DNA from: Macrostomum lignano
Lineage: Eukaryota
DNA length: 64,000 bases
Direction: 5' to 3'
Assembly: GCA_002269645.1 (NCBI GenBank)
Contig: NIVC01002168.1
Coordinates: forward strand, 1 to 64,000
The notes below the pieces were generated by a model. That model had not been told where the DNA came from. It was given only the letters and a program-made list of their open reading frames with translations, and did not search any database. Shown here in pieces: positions 25,151 to 38,849 of this stretch (positions are counted from its first letter, which is position 1; every line of letters begins with the position of its first letter). Made by a program: the position numbers and the translations under genes.

Positions 25151-25719
25151 AAGTCGTGAAACGTCTTGTCAGTTATAATTCTAGATAGCAAAAACTTACT
25201 ATAGTACTGTAAGTAGTTTCATCCACATTACGTTTTTACATTCACGCTTTGCTCATCTTTTTTTTGCGCAGACTAAAAATTGCTACGAGCGTAGTTCAGC
25301 CACTTCATTCACTGCTGCGTAAAAAAACTATTTGACTCAGATAATCCAGTGCCTGATTGTCTACTAATTACTATAAGTAGTTGTTTCTCACATGGTCGCA
25401 ACTCTATTTGTATCTGCATTTAATAGGTTACCAAATTTTATTTTACTTTATTGTTAATTCATTTTGCACACGACAAACAGAGCTAACGGTGTATTTAACG
25501 CAGCCGCCGCTTATAACTGGCCCAGTAAACTGCTGACTTGGCTGACTATGTCCAACTAAATTACTCGCTAAGTTTGAAACAGAATGCTACAAAATATACA
25601 TTTTAGCCTTATGCGCAATTGTCAAAACACTTTTTTAGTTTTAAGTTGTACGTACCACACTTCTTCTGTAGCTTTCATTGTGGTTTTTAAACTCTTATGG
25701 TTAATGCCAGGTTCCTTTC

Positions 25720-26700
25720 CAAGGTTCCTCAGGTTCCTTTGATGTGCCGCCGCACCCTTCCCTTCCTACCTCAGGTTCCTTTGATGTGCCGCCGCACCCT
25801 TCCCTTCCTACCTCAGGTTCCTTTGATGTGCCGCCGCACCCTTCCCTCACTGCTTCAGGTTCCTTTGATGTACCGCCGCACCCTTCCCTTCCTACCTCAG
25901 GTTCCTTTGATGTGCCGCCGCACCCTTCCCTCACTGCCTCATAAACCTCAGGTTCCTTTGATGTGCCGCTGCACCCTTCCCTCACTGCCTCATAAACCTC
26001 AGGTTCCTTTGATGTGCCGCTGCACCCTTCCCTCACTGCCTCATAAACCTCAGGTTCCTTTGATGTGCCGCTGCACCCTTCCCTCACTGCCTCATAAACC
26101 TCAGGTTCCTTTGATGTGCCGCTGCACCCTTCCCTCACTGCCTCATAAACCTCAGGTTCCTTTGATGTGCCGCTGCACCCTTCCCTCACTGCCTCATAAA
26201 CCTCAGGTTCCTTTGATGTGCCGCTGCACCCTTCCCTCACTGCCTCATAAACCTCATGTTCCTTTGATGTGCCGCTGCACCCTTCCCTCACTGTCTCATA
26301 AACCTCAGGTTCCTTTGATGTGCCGCTGCACCCTTCCCTCACTGCCTCATAAACCTCAGGTTCCTTTGATGTGCCGCTGCACCCTTCCCTCACTGCCTCC
26401 GGCTCCTTTGATGTGCCGCCGCACCCTTCCCTTCCTACCTCAGGTTCCTTTGCTGTGCCGCCGCACCCTTCCCTCACTGCCTCATGAACCTCAGTTTCCT
26501 TTGATGTGCCGCTGCACCCTTCCCTCACTGCCTCCGGCTCCTTTGATGTGCCGCCGCACCCTTCCCTTCCTACCTCAGGTTCCTTTGCTGTGCCGCCGCA
26601 CCCTTCCCTCACTGCCTCATGAACCTCAGTTTCCTTTGATGTGCCGCTGCACCCTTCCCTCACTGCCTCCGGCTCCTTTGATGTGCCGCCGTACCCTTTT
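25720..26700. repeat. Minisatellite with ~48-60-bp units (CCTCAGGTTCCTTTGATGTGCCGCTGCACCCTTCCCTCACTGCCTCATAAA..)
   Basis: Read directly; produces spurious ORFs on both strands. Confidence 0.92.
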
Positions 26701-26804
26701 CTTGCCCCAGGCTTATACTTGCCCGAATTTCCTAGCCAAGCCCAGCTTATATCAGCAGCAAAGCTTGCCGAATTCGCCCCCGCAGCTGCGCCAGTTCGGC
26801 CGCC

Positions 26805-29283
26805 ATGCCCTCTGCAGCTCTGGCAGGCGTTCGCGTTGTTGAACTGGCCGGCCTGGCGCCGGCGCCCTTCTGCGGCCTGCTGCTCCGCGACCTCGGCGCC
26901 CGGGTTGTCCGCGTCGACCGGGCGGACGCCGCCTTCACGGTCGACCGGCTGGCCCGCGGCAAGGAGTCGCTGGCCCTCGACCTCAAATCTCCCAGCGGCG
27001 GCGCTGCATTTCGCCGGCTCTGCGCCGCCTCCGACGTCCTCATCGAGCCGTTCCGGCCCGGCGTCATGGAGAAGCTCGGCTTCGGGCCCGACCGCCTCCT
27101 GGCCGAGAATCCCCGCCTGGTATACAGCCGGCTCAGCGGCTACGGACAGTCCGGCCCGCTGGCCCAGCGTCCCGGACACGACATCAACTATCTGGCCGCG
27201 TCCGGCGTGCTGTCCCGCCTGGCCGATGGCGACTCGCCGCCCCGGCCGCCAGTCAATCTGTTGGCCGACTTTGCCGGCGGGGGCCTCCTGGCCGCGCTGG
27301 GTGCGTTGAATTCCCTGACACCCAGATCCCAACCCATTGTCACTGACACCCAGATCCCAACCCAGTGTCACTGACACCCAGATCCCAACCCATTGTCACT
27401 GACACCCAGATCCCAACCCATTGTCACTGACACCCAGATCCCAACCCATTGTCACTGACACCCAGATCCCAACCCATTGTCACTGACACCCAGATCCCAA
27501 CCCATTGTCACTGACACCCAGATCCCAACCCAGTGTCACTCACACCCAGATCCCAACCATTGTCCCTCACACCCAGATCCCAACCATTGTCCCTCACACC
27601 CAGATCCCGACCCATTGTCCCTCACACCCAGATCCCAACCATTGTCCCTCACACCCAGATCCCAACCCATTGTCCCTCACACCCAGATCCCAACCCATTG
27701 TCCCTGACACCCAGATACCAACCCTGACTCCCTGACACCCAGATACCAACCCTGACTCCCTGACACCCGTGCCTGACACCCAGATACCAACCCTGACTCC
27801 CTGACACCCAGTGCCTGACACCCAGATACCAACCCAGAGTCCCTGACACCCAGTCCCTGACACCCAGATACCAACCATAACCTTTTCACACAAATCCCAA
27901 CCCTGGAGTCCCTACATCAACACCCTGATTCCCAACCGTCAGCTCCCCAGATCCCAATTGAAAATCCTCTCCAACTCCGCAGGCATCGTGGCCGCCCTAT
28001 TCGAGCGCCAGGCCACCGGCCTCGGCCGAATCCTCGACGCCAACCTGACGGAGGGCGCCGCCTACCTGGCCAGCTGGCTGTTTGCCTCGCGCGATCTGTT
28101 CGTCTGGCGCGACGGCGCCAGGCCCGGCGAGAACATCCTGGACGGCGGCGCGCACTTCTACCGCTGCTACCGCTGCCTGGACGGCCGCCACCTGGCCGTT
28201 GGCGCGCTGGAGCCGCAGTTCTACGCCGCATTTGTGGCCGGACTTGGGCTCACCGAGGCGGAGCTGCCCCAGGCCACCGAGGATGCAGCCGGGGCCATCG
28301 CCACAGTGACTAAGATCATCGGCACCAAAACTAGGGACGACTGGCTGTCCAGGTGAGAGAGGAAGTTCGGAATCCCAATCCCGTATTCCCAACATCTGAA
28401 CTCGCAACATCCTAGATACCCACACCTGAATCCCCAATCTCCCAGATCCCCACACCTGAATCCCCTCCCTCCCAGATCCCCACACCTGAATCCCTACCCT
28501 CTCAATACCCACACCTGAAATCCCACCCTCTAAAATCCCCACGTCTGAATTCCCACCCTCTCAAATTCCTAGCACCTGAATCCCCACCCTTCCAGATCCC
28601 CACACCTGAATCCCCACCCTCGCAGATCCCCACACCGGAATCCCCACCCTCCCAGATCCCCACACCTGAATCCCCACCCTCGCAGATCCCCACACCGGAA
28701 TCCCTACCCTCTCAGACCCCACACCTGAATCCCCACCCTCTCCGATCCCCACACCTGAATCCCCACTCTCAAATCCCCAACACCTGAATCCCCACCCACT
28801 CAAATCACCAACACCTGAATCCCCACCCACTCAAATCACCAACACCTGAATCCCCACCCTCCCAGATCCCCACACCTGAATCCCTAAAAATTCCAGATCC
28901 ATTCCACCCGAGTCCTCACTTTTCGAATCCCTGGCGCCAAATCTACTCACAGATTCGGGCCGGACGCCTGCGTGAACGCAGTCGAAGAGCTGTCCGAGGC
29001 GCAGGCCAACCCGCACGCCGCTGTCCGGGCCTCGTTCTCCCCGTCGGCAGACACACCTGGCCACCACCTGCCCCGGCCGCCGCGCTTCGCCAGCGTCGCT
29101 CCCGACGGCTCCGGGGTCGGGCCGGACGAGCCGTTCCAGCCCGGCCGGTCGCCCCGGATTGGCGAGCACACCTGCAGCCTGCTGGCCGAGCTCGGCTACT
29201 CAGAGGCCGAGATTCGACAGCTGCTGGCCGAAGGTCGGGCTGTGCAGTGCAGCACCGGCGGTAGCCCGTCGGGGCGGCTTTGA
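26805..29283 (+). CDS. AMACR: Alpha-methylacyl-CoA racemase (class III CoA-transferase fold), 3 exons
   Basis: Exons 26805-27300, 27983-28352, 28953-29283 in phase. Motifs [71 protein letters not shown] and GEHT. Confidence 0.95.
27312..27910. repeat. About 28-bp minisatellite CACTGACACCCAGATCCCAACCCATTGT in AMACR intron 1
   Basis: Starts about 12 nt after the donor. Confidence 0.9.
28370..28890. repeat. About 30-bp minisatellite ATCCCCACACCTGAATCCCCACCCTCCCAG in AMACR intron 2
   Basis: Read directly. Confidence 0.9.
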
Positions 29284-29684
29284 TAATCTTTCTTTCTTCC
29301 AGTCTGCAGTGTTTGAAGCCTCTTTCATAGTCCGCTGCTACTCGTTTCAATATTAGAACATCAAAAACCATATCCCTGTTTATTGTAAACTACCAGTATA
29401 TAACGTAGGACTTTAACTTTCGGCTTCAGCTCATAATTAACTTCTCTTGCAAATTCATTTTATAACTATAGAGGTGCCTTAATTTGTACTTGTTTTCACA
29501 TTACTGAAGCAAGACCTTATTTGTTGATTTTTTAAATTCTGATTTTCCTGCTTGAAAGTTAAGAACATACAACCGAAAGTTATGCTCAGATTCCGGTCGA
29601 ATATTGTTAAAACAAGACGTCCTATGACTCAAACGTTTGACTATTTTGCCTTTTGTAGATTCGTGATTGTTAAGATCCGATGAC

Positions 29685-30062
29685 CCGATGTGATTGGGTA
29701 GGGAACAGCCTTCTGTAGGTCTGTGATTGGGTAGGGAACAGCCTTCTGTAGGTCTGTGATTGGATAGGGAACAGCCTTCTGTAGATCTGTGATTGGGTAG
29801 GGAACAGCCTTCTGTAGGTCTGTGATTGGATAGGGAACAGCCTTCTGTAGATCTGTGATTGGCTAGGGAACAGCCTTCTGTAGATCTGTGACTGTCTTGG
29901 GAACAGCCTTCTGTAGGTCTGTGACTGTCTTGGGAACAGCCTTCTGTAGATCTGTGATTGGCTAGGAAACTGCCTGCCGATCTGTGATTGGCTAGGGAAC
30001 AGCCTGCCGATCTGTGATTGACTAGGGAACAGATCGGTCGATTTTTGATTGGCTAGGGAACA
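29685..30062. repeat. About 33-bp minisatellite TCTGTGATTGGGTAGGGAACAGCCTTCTGTAGG between AMACR and APH1
   Basis: Read directly. Confidence 0.9.
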
Positions 30063-30133
30063 GATATATTTATTGATACGCAACTGCATCGATCGCTATG
30101 CATAAATGTTCCAGCCAACCAGCTTCAGCAGCC

Positions 30134-33100
30134 ATGACCCTGCTAGAGTTTTTCGGCTGCTCTCTGATCAGCTTCTCTCCAGCGCTAATTATGTTCATCT
30201 TCACCGTGGCCAATAATCCGCTTAAGATTATCATTTTAACTTGCAGGTAATTAATTATTTTGCACTTTTTGCTAGCCAGCTGTAGATAAAGTGTTATATC
30301 ATTGAATTTATGAATTTGTCATTTCAGCGCCTTTTTCTGGCTACTGTCATTGCTACTGTCGTCAATAGTATGGTTCGCAGTTGTGCCGCTCCGGAAACAG
30401 CTGGTGTTCAGCATGGTCGTGTCAATTTTGTTCCAGGAGGCTATCCGGATCGCCTTCTACTTTTTTATCAAGTAAATTGGCCTTCTTGTCCTTAGGATGT
30501 TCACCTGATGACTAACTTGGGAATCGATTGCATTCTAAGCCTAAGGGTTTTCTCTAATATTCATTCTTTTACTCCTTTTAAAATAGCCCTCCAACCCTAA
30601 AGAATCGCTTTCCAGCCCTTAAGGAATCGCCTCTCAGTCCAGAAAAATCGCCCTCCAGCCCTTAAGGAATCGCCTCTCAGTCCAGAAAAATCGCCCTCCA
30701 AGCCTAAAGAAACGCCCTCCATCCCTTAAGAAATCGCCTCTATGTTCAGAAAAATCGCCCTCCAACCCTAAAGAATCGCCCTCCAGCCCTTAAGAAATCG
30801 CCTCTCAGTCCAGAAAAATCGCCTCCAACCTTAAAGAATCGCCCTCCAGCCCTTAAGAAATCGCCTCTCAGTCCAGAAAAATCGCCTCCAACCTTAAAGA
30901 ATCGCCCTCCAGCCCTTAAGAAATCGTCTCTCAGTCCAGAAAAATCGCCTCCAACCTTAAAGAATCGCCCTCCAGCCCTTAAGAAATCGCCTCTATGTTC
31001 AGAAAAACCGCCCTCCAACCCTAAAGAATCGCCCTCCAGCCCTTAAGAAATCGCCTCTCAGTCCAGAAAAATCGCCTCCAACCTTAAAGAATCGCCCTCC
31101 AGCCCTTAAGAAATCGCCTCTCAGTCCAGAAAAATCGCCTCCAACCCTAAAGAATCGCCCTCCAGCCCTTAAGAAATCGCCTCTCTGTCCAGAAAAATCG
31201 CCCTCCAACCCTAAAGAATCGCCCTCCAGCCCTTAAGAAATCGCCTCTCTGTCCAGAAAAATCGCCTCCAACCCTAAAGAATCGCCCTCCAATTTCCCCT
31301 TCATTCGCTGTCCCATCCCCACAGGCGAGCCGAAGAAGGTCTGCAGAAAATCGCCCTGGCCGAGGACGCCTCAGCTGAGGAGACTTCGCAGCAGTCCATG
31401 TCCGATAACGCGACCGGCGGCAGCGGCGGCGGTGGCAGCAGCGGAGGCGGAGGCGGGGCCGCGGCTGCCTCCTCCGCTGGCGGCTCAGAGCCGCTGACGG
31501 ACGCTGACCAGGTCACTCTGACCGCCGGGACCGGCCGGCCCGTGAAGATTTTGCACCTGCACTCTCTGTCCTACGGTAAGAGCAGTCACACACTCAGGGC
31601 TTGCTTTGTCAGCTGATTCCCAATTCTGGCAGTTCCCTTCCCAATTCTTACAGTTCCCTTCCAAATTCTGACAGTTCCCTTCCCAATTCTGACAGTTCCC
31701 TTCCCAATTCTGGCAGTTCCCTTCCCAATTCTGGCAGTTCCCTTCCCAATTCTGGCAGTTCCCTTCCCAATTCTCACAGTTCCCTTCCCAATTCTGGCAG
31801 TTCCCTTCCCAATTCTTGCAGTTCCCTTCCCAATTCTCTCAGTTCCTTTCCCAATTCTCACAGTTCCCTTCCCAATTCTCACAGTTCCCTTCCCAATTCT
31901 GGCAGTTCCCTTCCCAATTCTCACAGTTCCCTTCCCAATTCTGGCAGTTCCCTTCCCAATTCTGGCAGTTCCCTTCCCAATTCTCACAGTTCCCTTCCCA
32001 ATTCTCACAGTTCCCTTCCCAATTCTCACAGTTCCTTTCCCAATTCTCACAGTTCCTTTCCCAATTCTCACAGTTCTTTTCCCAATTCTCACAGTTCCTT
32101 TCCCAATTCTCACAGTTCCTTCCCCAATTCTGACAGTTCCTTTCCCAATTCTCACAGTTCCCTTCCCAATTCTCACAGTTCCCTTCCCAATTCTCACAGT
32201 TCCTTTCCCAATTCTCACAGTTCCTTTCCCAATTCTCACAGTTCTTTTCCCAATTCTCACAGTTCCTTTCCCAATTCTCACAGTTCCTTCCCCAATTCTG
32301 GCAGTTCCCTTCCCAATTCTGGCAGTTCCCTTCCCAATTCTGGCAGTTCCCTTCCCAATTCTTGCAGTTCCCTTCCCAATTCTCTCAGTTCCTTTCCCAA
32401 TTCTCACAGTTCCCTTCCCAATTCTCACAGTTCCCTTCCCAATTCTGGCAGTTCCCTTCCCAATTCTCACAGTTCCCTTCCCAATTCTGGCAGTTCCCTT
32501 CCCAATTCTGGCAGTTCCCTTCCCAATTCTCACAGTTCCCTTCCCAATTCTCACAGTTCCCTTCCCAATTCTCACAGTTCCTTTCCCAATTCTCACAGTT
32601 CCCTTCCCAATTCTCACAGTTCCTTTCCCAATTCTCACAGTTCCTTTACCAATTCTCACAGTTCCTTCCCCAATTCTCACAGTTCCTTCCCCAATTCTGA
32701 CAGTTCCTTTCCCAATTCTGACAGTTCCTTTCCCAATTCTCACAGTTCCCTTCCCAATTCTGACAGTTCCTTTCCCAATTCTGGCAGTTCCCTTCCCAAT
32801 TCTGGCAGTTCCCTTCCCAATTCTGGCAGTTCCCTTCCCAATTCTCACAGTTCCTTTCCCAATTCTCACAGTTCCTTTACCAATTCTCACAGTTCCTTCC
32901 CCAATTCTCACAGTTCCTTCCCCAATTCTGACAGTTCCTTTCCCAATTCTGACAGTTCCTTTCCCAATTCTCACAGTTCCCTTCCCAATTCTGACAGTTC
33001 CCTTCCCAATTCTGGCAGTTCCCTTCCCAATTCTGGCAGTTCCCTTCCCAATTCTGGCAGTTCCCTTCCCAATTCTGGCAGTTCCCTTCCCAATTCTGGC

Positions 33101-33877
33101 AGTTCCCTTCCCAATTCTGGCAGTTCCCTTCCCTGGCTTCCCAACTCTGACAGTTCCCTTCCCAACTCTGACAGCTCCCTTCCCAATTCTGACAGCTCCC
33201 TTCCCAATTCTGACAGTTCCCTTCCCAATTCTGACAGTTCCCTTCTCAACTCTGACTCTGACAGCTCCCCTCAACTCTCCGTTCTCTCCATAGCCCTACA
33301 GCCTCCAGTTCCTTGCAATTTTTCAGAGCAGTACTCACTCGAACCCACCAATCCCACTCGCCCATCCGTCAGTTTGCGGCCTGGGCTTCGGCTTCATGGC
33401 TGGCGCCTTCTCCATGGTGAACCTGCTGGCCGATATTTCCGGCCCCGGCTCCGTCGGGCTCGGCGGAGAGCACGAGGGCTTCCTGCTGGTGTCCTCGGTG
33501 CTGGCGCTGATGTTTGTCTTTCTCAACATCTGCTGGACAGTCGTCACGTTTGTCTGCATTGAGGACCGTCGGCTGTACTTTTTAGCTTATGTGTGGGGCT
33601 CGCATCTTCTTTGCTCGCTACTGGTAAGTAGTGTCTGTAAAATATTGTCCAAGCTTCTGTTTTTGCCTAAAAATAAGTGAAAAATGCATTAAAAAACCCT
33701 CAGACTCTACTGAACAGTAGCGCATCGCCGCTACTCTCGCTGGTGCCCATTATGGTGTCGCTAACCTGCGCCCTGATTGGCCTGCTGCTGTCGCTTCACC
33801 TTGTCGAGGCCAACCTGGCCGGATTCTTCACTTCGCTGGTGTCGCCAGCCTGGATGCTGAGAGTCTGCAGGCGCTGA
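30134..33877 (+). CDS. APH1: Gamma-secretase subunit APH-1, 5 exons
   Basis: Exons 30134-30246, 30328-30471, 31325-31575, 33373-33623, 33704-33877 in phase (310 aa). Motifs FFGC..FSPA, AFFWLLSLL, FQEAIR, GLGFG (GxxxG), GPGSVG and SHLL; hydrophobic multi-pass profile. Confidence 0.93.
30585..31292. repeat. Composite minisatellite (AATCGCCCTCCAGCCCTTAAG-type subunits) in APH1 intron 2
   Basis: Read directly. Confidence 0.9.
31615..33250. repeat. 1.6-kb 21-bp minisatellite CCCAATTCTCACAGTTCCCTT in APH1 intron 3
   Basis: About 78 units; source of the spurious 562- and 653-aa ORFs. Confidence 0.95.
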
Positions 33878-35441
33878 TCGGAGCCCGACCTTCATGTGTT
33901 ATTTATGATAGAACTGTGAATGAACTGTGTTTACTTGACATAAGTCTGGCTGATTTTGATTAACTATTGGAATGCACTATACTCTCGCAACACTGGTATA
34001 CTGTGTTAGTTCTCTTTTATTTGAAAATTTCTTTTGAACTACTTATTATATGCTCCCAGATTGCAATGTAAACAAGATACTCGGAAGTTACAAATATTTT
34101 TGTAAATCGTGTCCAATATATGCCCTCAACACACTTTTATTTTGTCTCAGCGTTTTAATTGTTAAAATTGTTAATTTGAATTAATTATAAGTCTGTTTTA
34201 AATTTGCGATCAAAACTGCGTTCAGTATATCTAATATTTATCCGTGCTCCTTTGAATTGCAATGATAAATTATTGTGTTGACTATTGTGCATACAATATT
34301 TGTGTACACTATTCAGCTGAAATAAATTTTAATATTGATTAATTAGCCCCTTTTTTGTTGTCTCGTGCACAAAAGTGTTGTTTCTCTGCTATTGTTGTCC
34401 AAACTGAGCACTGTTACTTCTTTAATGAAATCATTATTTATTGCGTACATTATCCGCACTATTGCATGTGCTCATGCAGGAGTCGGCGGAATTGGCAGAA
34501 TTGCCGCACCGACGGCAGTGGGATGATGTCGCTGAGACCCTGAAGTTATTGCGCCACGATTGCCCACAGCTATCCTGCAAACATTTTTTCAAAAGAAAAC
34601 ACGTCGACTTTCACATATTTTCGAAATTCATGTATGGCATACTGTCTGTAAAGATACTCAATTTTAAGCTCAGATTTCTTCGCTTTCGTAGCTTTGGATG
34701 GGCCATAGAACAATGCTTTTAAACGAGCCTCATACTTTTTTTCGCCATGAATTGGCTCGTTTCCGGTCCTGAGTTATCAAGTTGTCCTTGGTTCTGGTTC
34801 TATTACCAATCCAATTTGTAAAGTATAACTTTTTGTCTCCAAAACTAGAAAGCTTTAATAGCTATAAAGTTGTAATTATTAAATGGCAATAGCCAAGAAA
34901 GTGAAAAATTGCGCAAAGTGAGGCTGCTATAAGGCATTCAAATTTCAAACAAAGTTAAATAGTTATACTACTACTACTATTTTCTTAGAAGACCCTAACC
35001 GATTCTTCAATGCACCTCGAATGCGTCTCAAATCTTATGGAATTGGTAATGCGAAAATCCTCTTTAAGCTCTCGTGTCCCTCGTGCCAAAATATAAAGCA
35101 GATCATCGGTTATTTTATTGATAAAGTGGTCCAATTTAAGTAGTTGTTTAATTTGTATATAATAATACAGTGACTCGAAGATGAAGTCCAACTTTGTTTA
35201 TTTGTTAAATCTAATTTAAAAATAGAAAAGTATTCAACTTTTGGCAGCAAAAATTTGAAACGCATGTTCAGTTCAAATAATTATCTTACAATTACATGAA
35301 TTAAGGCCTAACTAACCTAGTAACATCTTTGCCTCACAGCTGTTTATTATAATTCTCGCTCATCATAGTTATTATTTGTTAACTCTAGGCTATTTTTATA
35401 GTGAAAAACTAACCTTTTTAAACTCCAAAGCTAACTGAATA

Positions 35442-35603
35442 ATGAATTTCCTAATTCGCACACCAAGGTTTTCATCCCATTTCTATCGAACATCACAAGT
35501 ATTAATGCAGCAAAAGCTGAAGCCTATGCACACTTCCTCCATGTTTTTTTCCTCACAAATGACCAGCCCAATAAGCAGCATGCACCTCAAGTCTTATGGA
35601 ATG
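35442..35603 (+). CDS. Possible first exon (presequence) of NDUFAB1
   Basis: ATG-initiated 54 codons rich in R/S/K with no acidic residues, ending at a phase-0 GTAAGC donor compatible with the acceptor at 37901. The case is weakened because a similar ~30-nt motif recurs at 35021-35050, so it may be repeat-derived. Confidence 0.35.
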
Positions 35604-37122
35604 GTAAGCTATTGTAGATTTGTTGTATCAAAAGACAATCTACAATGTTGGATGTAGATAGCCAGTATCTACATCCGTCGTCCTAGACTTTGGCCAATTT
35701 TCAAAAATAATGTGTCTTTATACTTTGGCAAAAAAGATAAATATAAAACAATAAAATCAATCAATGACCCTATCCATGAACAATAAATAAGATAAAAATG
35801 TTAAATGTTAAATGTTATAATGAAAAACAACTTGTGTTTTACAAATTAAGTGGTAAAATACATGCACATCCTGGCTTACAAAATAGTAGCCTATAAATTA
35901 TAGAGTTTGTTGGATTTTCATATCTATATATTAAAAATCTACTATTATAAACCAATCTTAATCTGAAAAAAATGTCTTTCCTAGGATAGGATGGAATTCT
36001 TGTATTTCTTAAGTCAAACGGAATTATGCGATTTTTTTATGGCGCGCAAAATATTTTTTATTGGTCGCATTTTTTATTTTGGTACTTAGCACGTCGCAAA
36101 ATAACGAAATAATGAAAGACAATAACAAAAAATGCATTCTAAGAAAATGTAGTGATTTGAATTTTCGTCCAAATACATATGTTAGAGAATGTTACGAGTT
36201 TCTACTTTTTATAGAATTTTTTCAAATTTTTACTTTTGTGCCTTATTTAGTTTTTACTTTTTATTCTTTTTTTCTTTGTGATCTTAGCTAGTAGGATTAT
36301 CTTTTGCAAAATCCAATATCTCAAGCACACTTTTGCATATATTAAGAATTAGCAATTTTGTCTGAAATTCTGCAATACATTTTTCCAGATTTTTTGACGC
36401 AAAATCGCATTTTTTCTCGCAATCGCATAACGCGTTGTGATTTTTCTGCATGAATTCCATCCAGGTTCCTAGGAAAGAAAAGTGTTTTTTGATATATTGG
36501 CTCAATTGCTATATAGCATATATATGACAGCTTAATAAAATTAAGAGTGGTGCCAGTAGGATGTGTTTTATAGTTGATAATCAATAAAAAAATTCTTGGC
36601 AATGACAACTAAAAAATCTAACTCATAGGCCTAACCTTACGCATGTGACCCTAAGTATCACTTACTTTGTAATCTTTGTTACTTTGTATATGATACTTTT
36701 TTCAATTTAAGTTTTTAAAACTTATATAAATATAGATATGGTTATAGGAATATATATTTCCCATATCTAGTTCATGTTTTATTATATTGGCCACTCAATA
36801 GCTAAGACTTAAAATATCATTGGGGCCCTTTATATGTAGGGCCAAAGGCATAAAGTAATAGAAATGAATGAATGTTACTAGTTTCAAAGTTTCTGTGAAG
36901 GTAACTTTAGTCCTTGGGATTGGAGACTCAAGTTAACAGATTTTCAATACCATATGCATATTGTGTTATTGGGATGCTAGGGGGCTAAAGTTAAGATGAA
37001 TGCCTATTAATTAATGATTGGTTAAACTATTGCTGTCATTGTCTACTTTATTACTAATTTAATCATTGATATAAGAGTTGTTAACAATGGGTTTACCATT
37101 AATTAAAAGTTATGAGAAGTTA

Positions 37123-37794
37123 TAAGAGGTGTCCAAAAAGTCTTAGGACTTTTCACATGACTCTTTTTAATAGTCAGCAAGAGTTACAGCAACTGATTTA
37201 TTTCATTGTGGCTTAATTTAAAAATAACATAATGGAATAATTTTGAAAATATCATGAACTTTTTAAAATTTATGCCTTCTTAATTGCAGTGAGGTACTGC
37301 ATCTCAATACATGAACAAGAACTAGAATTGAACTACAATTTTGATGGCAGTCAAAGATGTTGCCAAGTGTTGGCTAGAATTTTTTCCCAATCTGTGGATC
37401 CATGGATGTCCATTCAAAGACAGCACAGCATTGCTTGGCCTACACCCTCTGGTGTATAGCATTGAATGGCATAATTCATGGGCCTGAAACAATATCCAGG
37501 ACTGACTGCCTTGACCATGAAGTGCAACAGGTTCTTGTCCACAAAATGCCAAAGCAGGCATACACAGATGCCATTGATGACATGCTTACCTGGTGGAAGA
37601 AATGCATCCAACTGAAGGATGAATATATTGAGAAGGTCTCAGTTGCCACTGAGAAAGAAATTTGAACTTTTTTGAAAGACACTGTTTCCTGGTGCTCCAT
37701 ATGCAGCATCCAAGTTCCTGTTTATGTATTGAGATGCAGTGCTGTTACTCTTGCTGACTGTTAAAAAAGTCATGTGAAAAGGGCACCCCTCGTA
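37123..37794 (+). mobile_element. Internally deleted mariner-type (Tc1/mariner) transposon remnant
   Basis: Inverted ends (left TAAGAGGTGTCC..TTTTCACATGAC..AGTCAGCAAGAGT, right ..GTCATGTGAAAA..CACCCCTCGTA) with TA termini. The internal frame AYTDAIDDMLTWWKKCIQLKDEYIEK resembles the mariner transposase C-terminal W-x-K-C..Y-x-E motif. Confidence 0.72.
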
Positions 37795-37901
37795 TTTAGC
37801 TACAGATTACCAAATTATAAGTATCAGTAATTATGGTTAATTATTATAAGAAAACTATGAAATATAAGAGCTGTAACAACATTCCTTTTACTGCATTTTA
37901 G

Positions 37902-38467
<566 letters not shown>

Positions 38468-38849
38468 GCAGCCACCGCTTTGCTGTTACTGTGCACTCTT
38501 AGTGAAGCTTATTGTAATTTAAACTGAGTCTGCCGCAGTTGGTATAAGAACATAAATAGGGTCGGTCTGTATAAACTCTTTGAAATCGATTTTCTTTCAC
38601 ATTTTGAGCACTTAGGTCTGCGACTGGCCCTTCTCTCCAAGTAGTTGAGTGCTTGAAGATGCACTGTAGCCTCGAATCCGTAGCTTTTAATTAAATAACA
38701 ATCAGTGAATTGCGTACCCGGCTCGCTGCCCCATGTGAGTCAGTTGTTTCGGCGTTACTAACCGACTATCTTCGTGTGTTTATTTATTTCATAGCTTTGG
38801 GTTTTGTCCCCAGATCCTCTCTTGCCAAGTTACCGCCACCCTCCCAAAT

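Noticed and set aside
25697-26804. 381/558-aa repeat ORFs upstream of AMACR
   Set aside because: Stop-free frames of a minisatellite plus the antisense shadow of AMACR exon 1.
26805-27300. Bacterial CaiB/BaiF gene or horizontal transfer
   Set aside because: Two spliceosomal introns and AMACR-specific motifs indicate the native eukaryotic gene.
31586-33562. 562- and 653-aa minus-strand ORFs (RIGKGTV / LPNSHSS repeats)
   Set aside because: Translations of a 21-bp minisatellite lying wholly within APH-1 intron 3.
34355-35200. Short ORFs between APH1 and NDUFAB1
   Set aside because: No recognisable domain or consistent splice chain; probably decayed transposon sequence.
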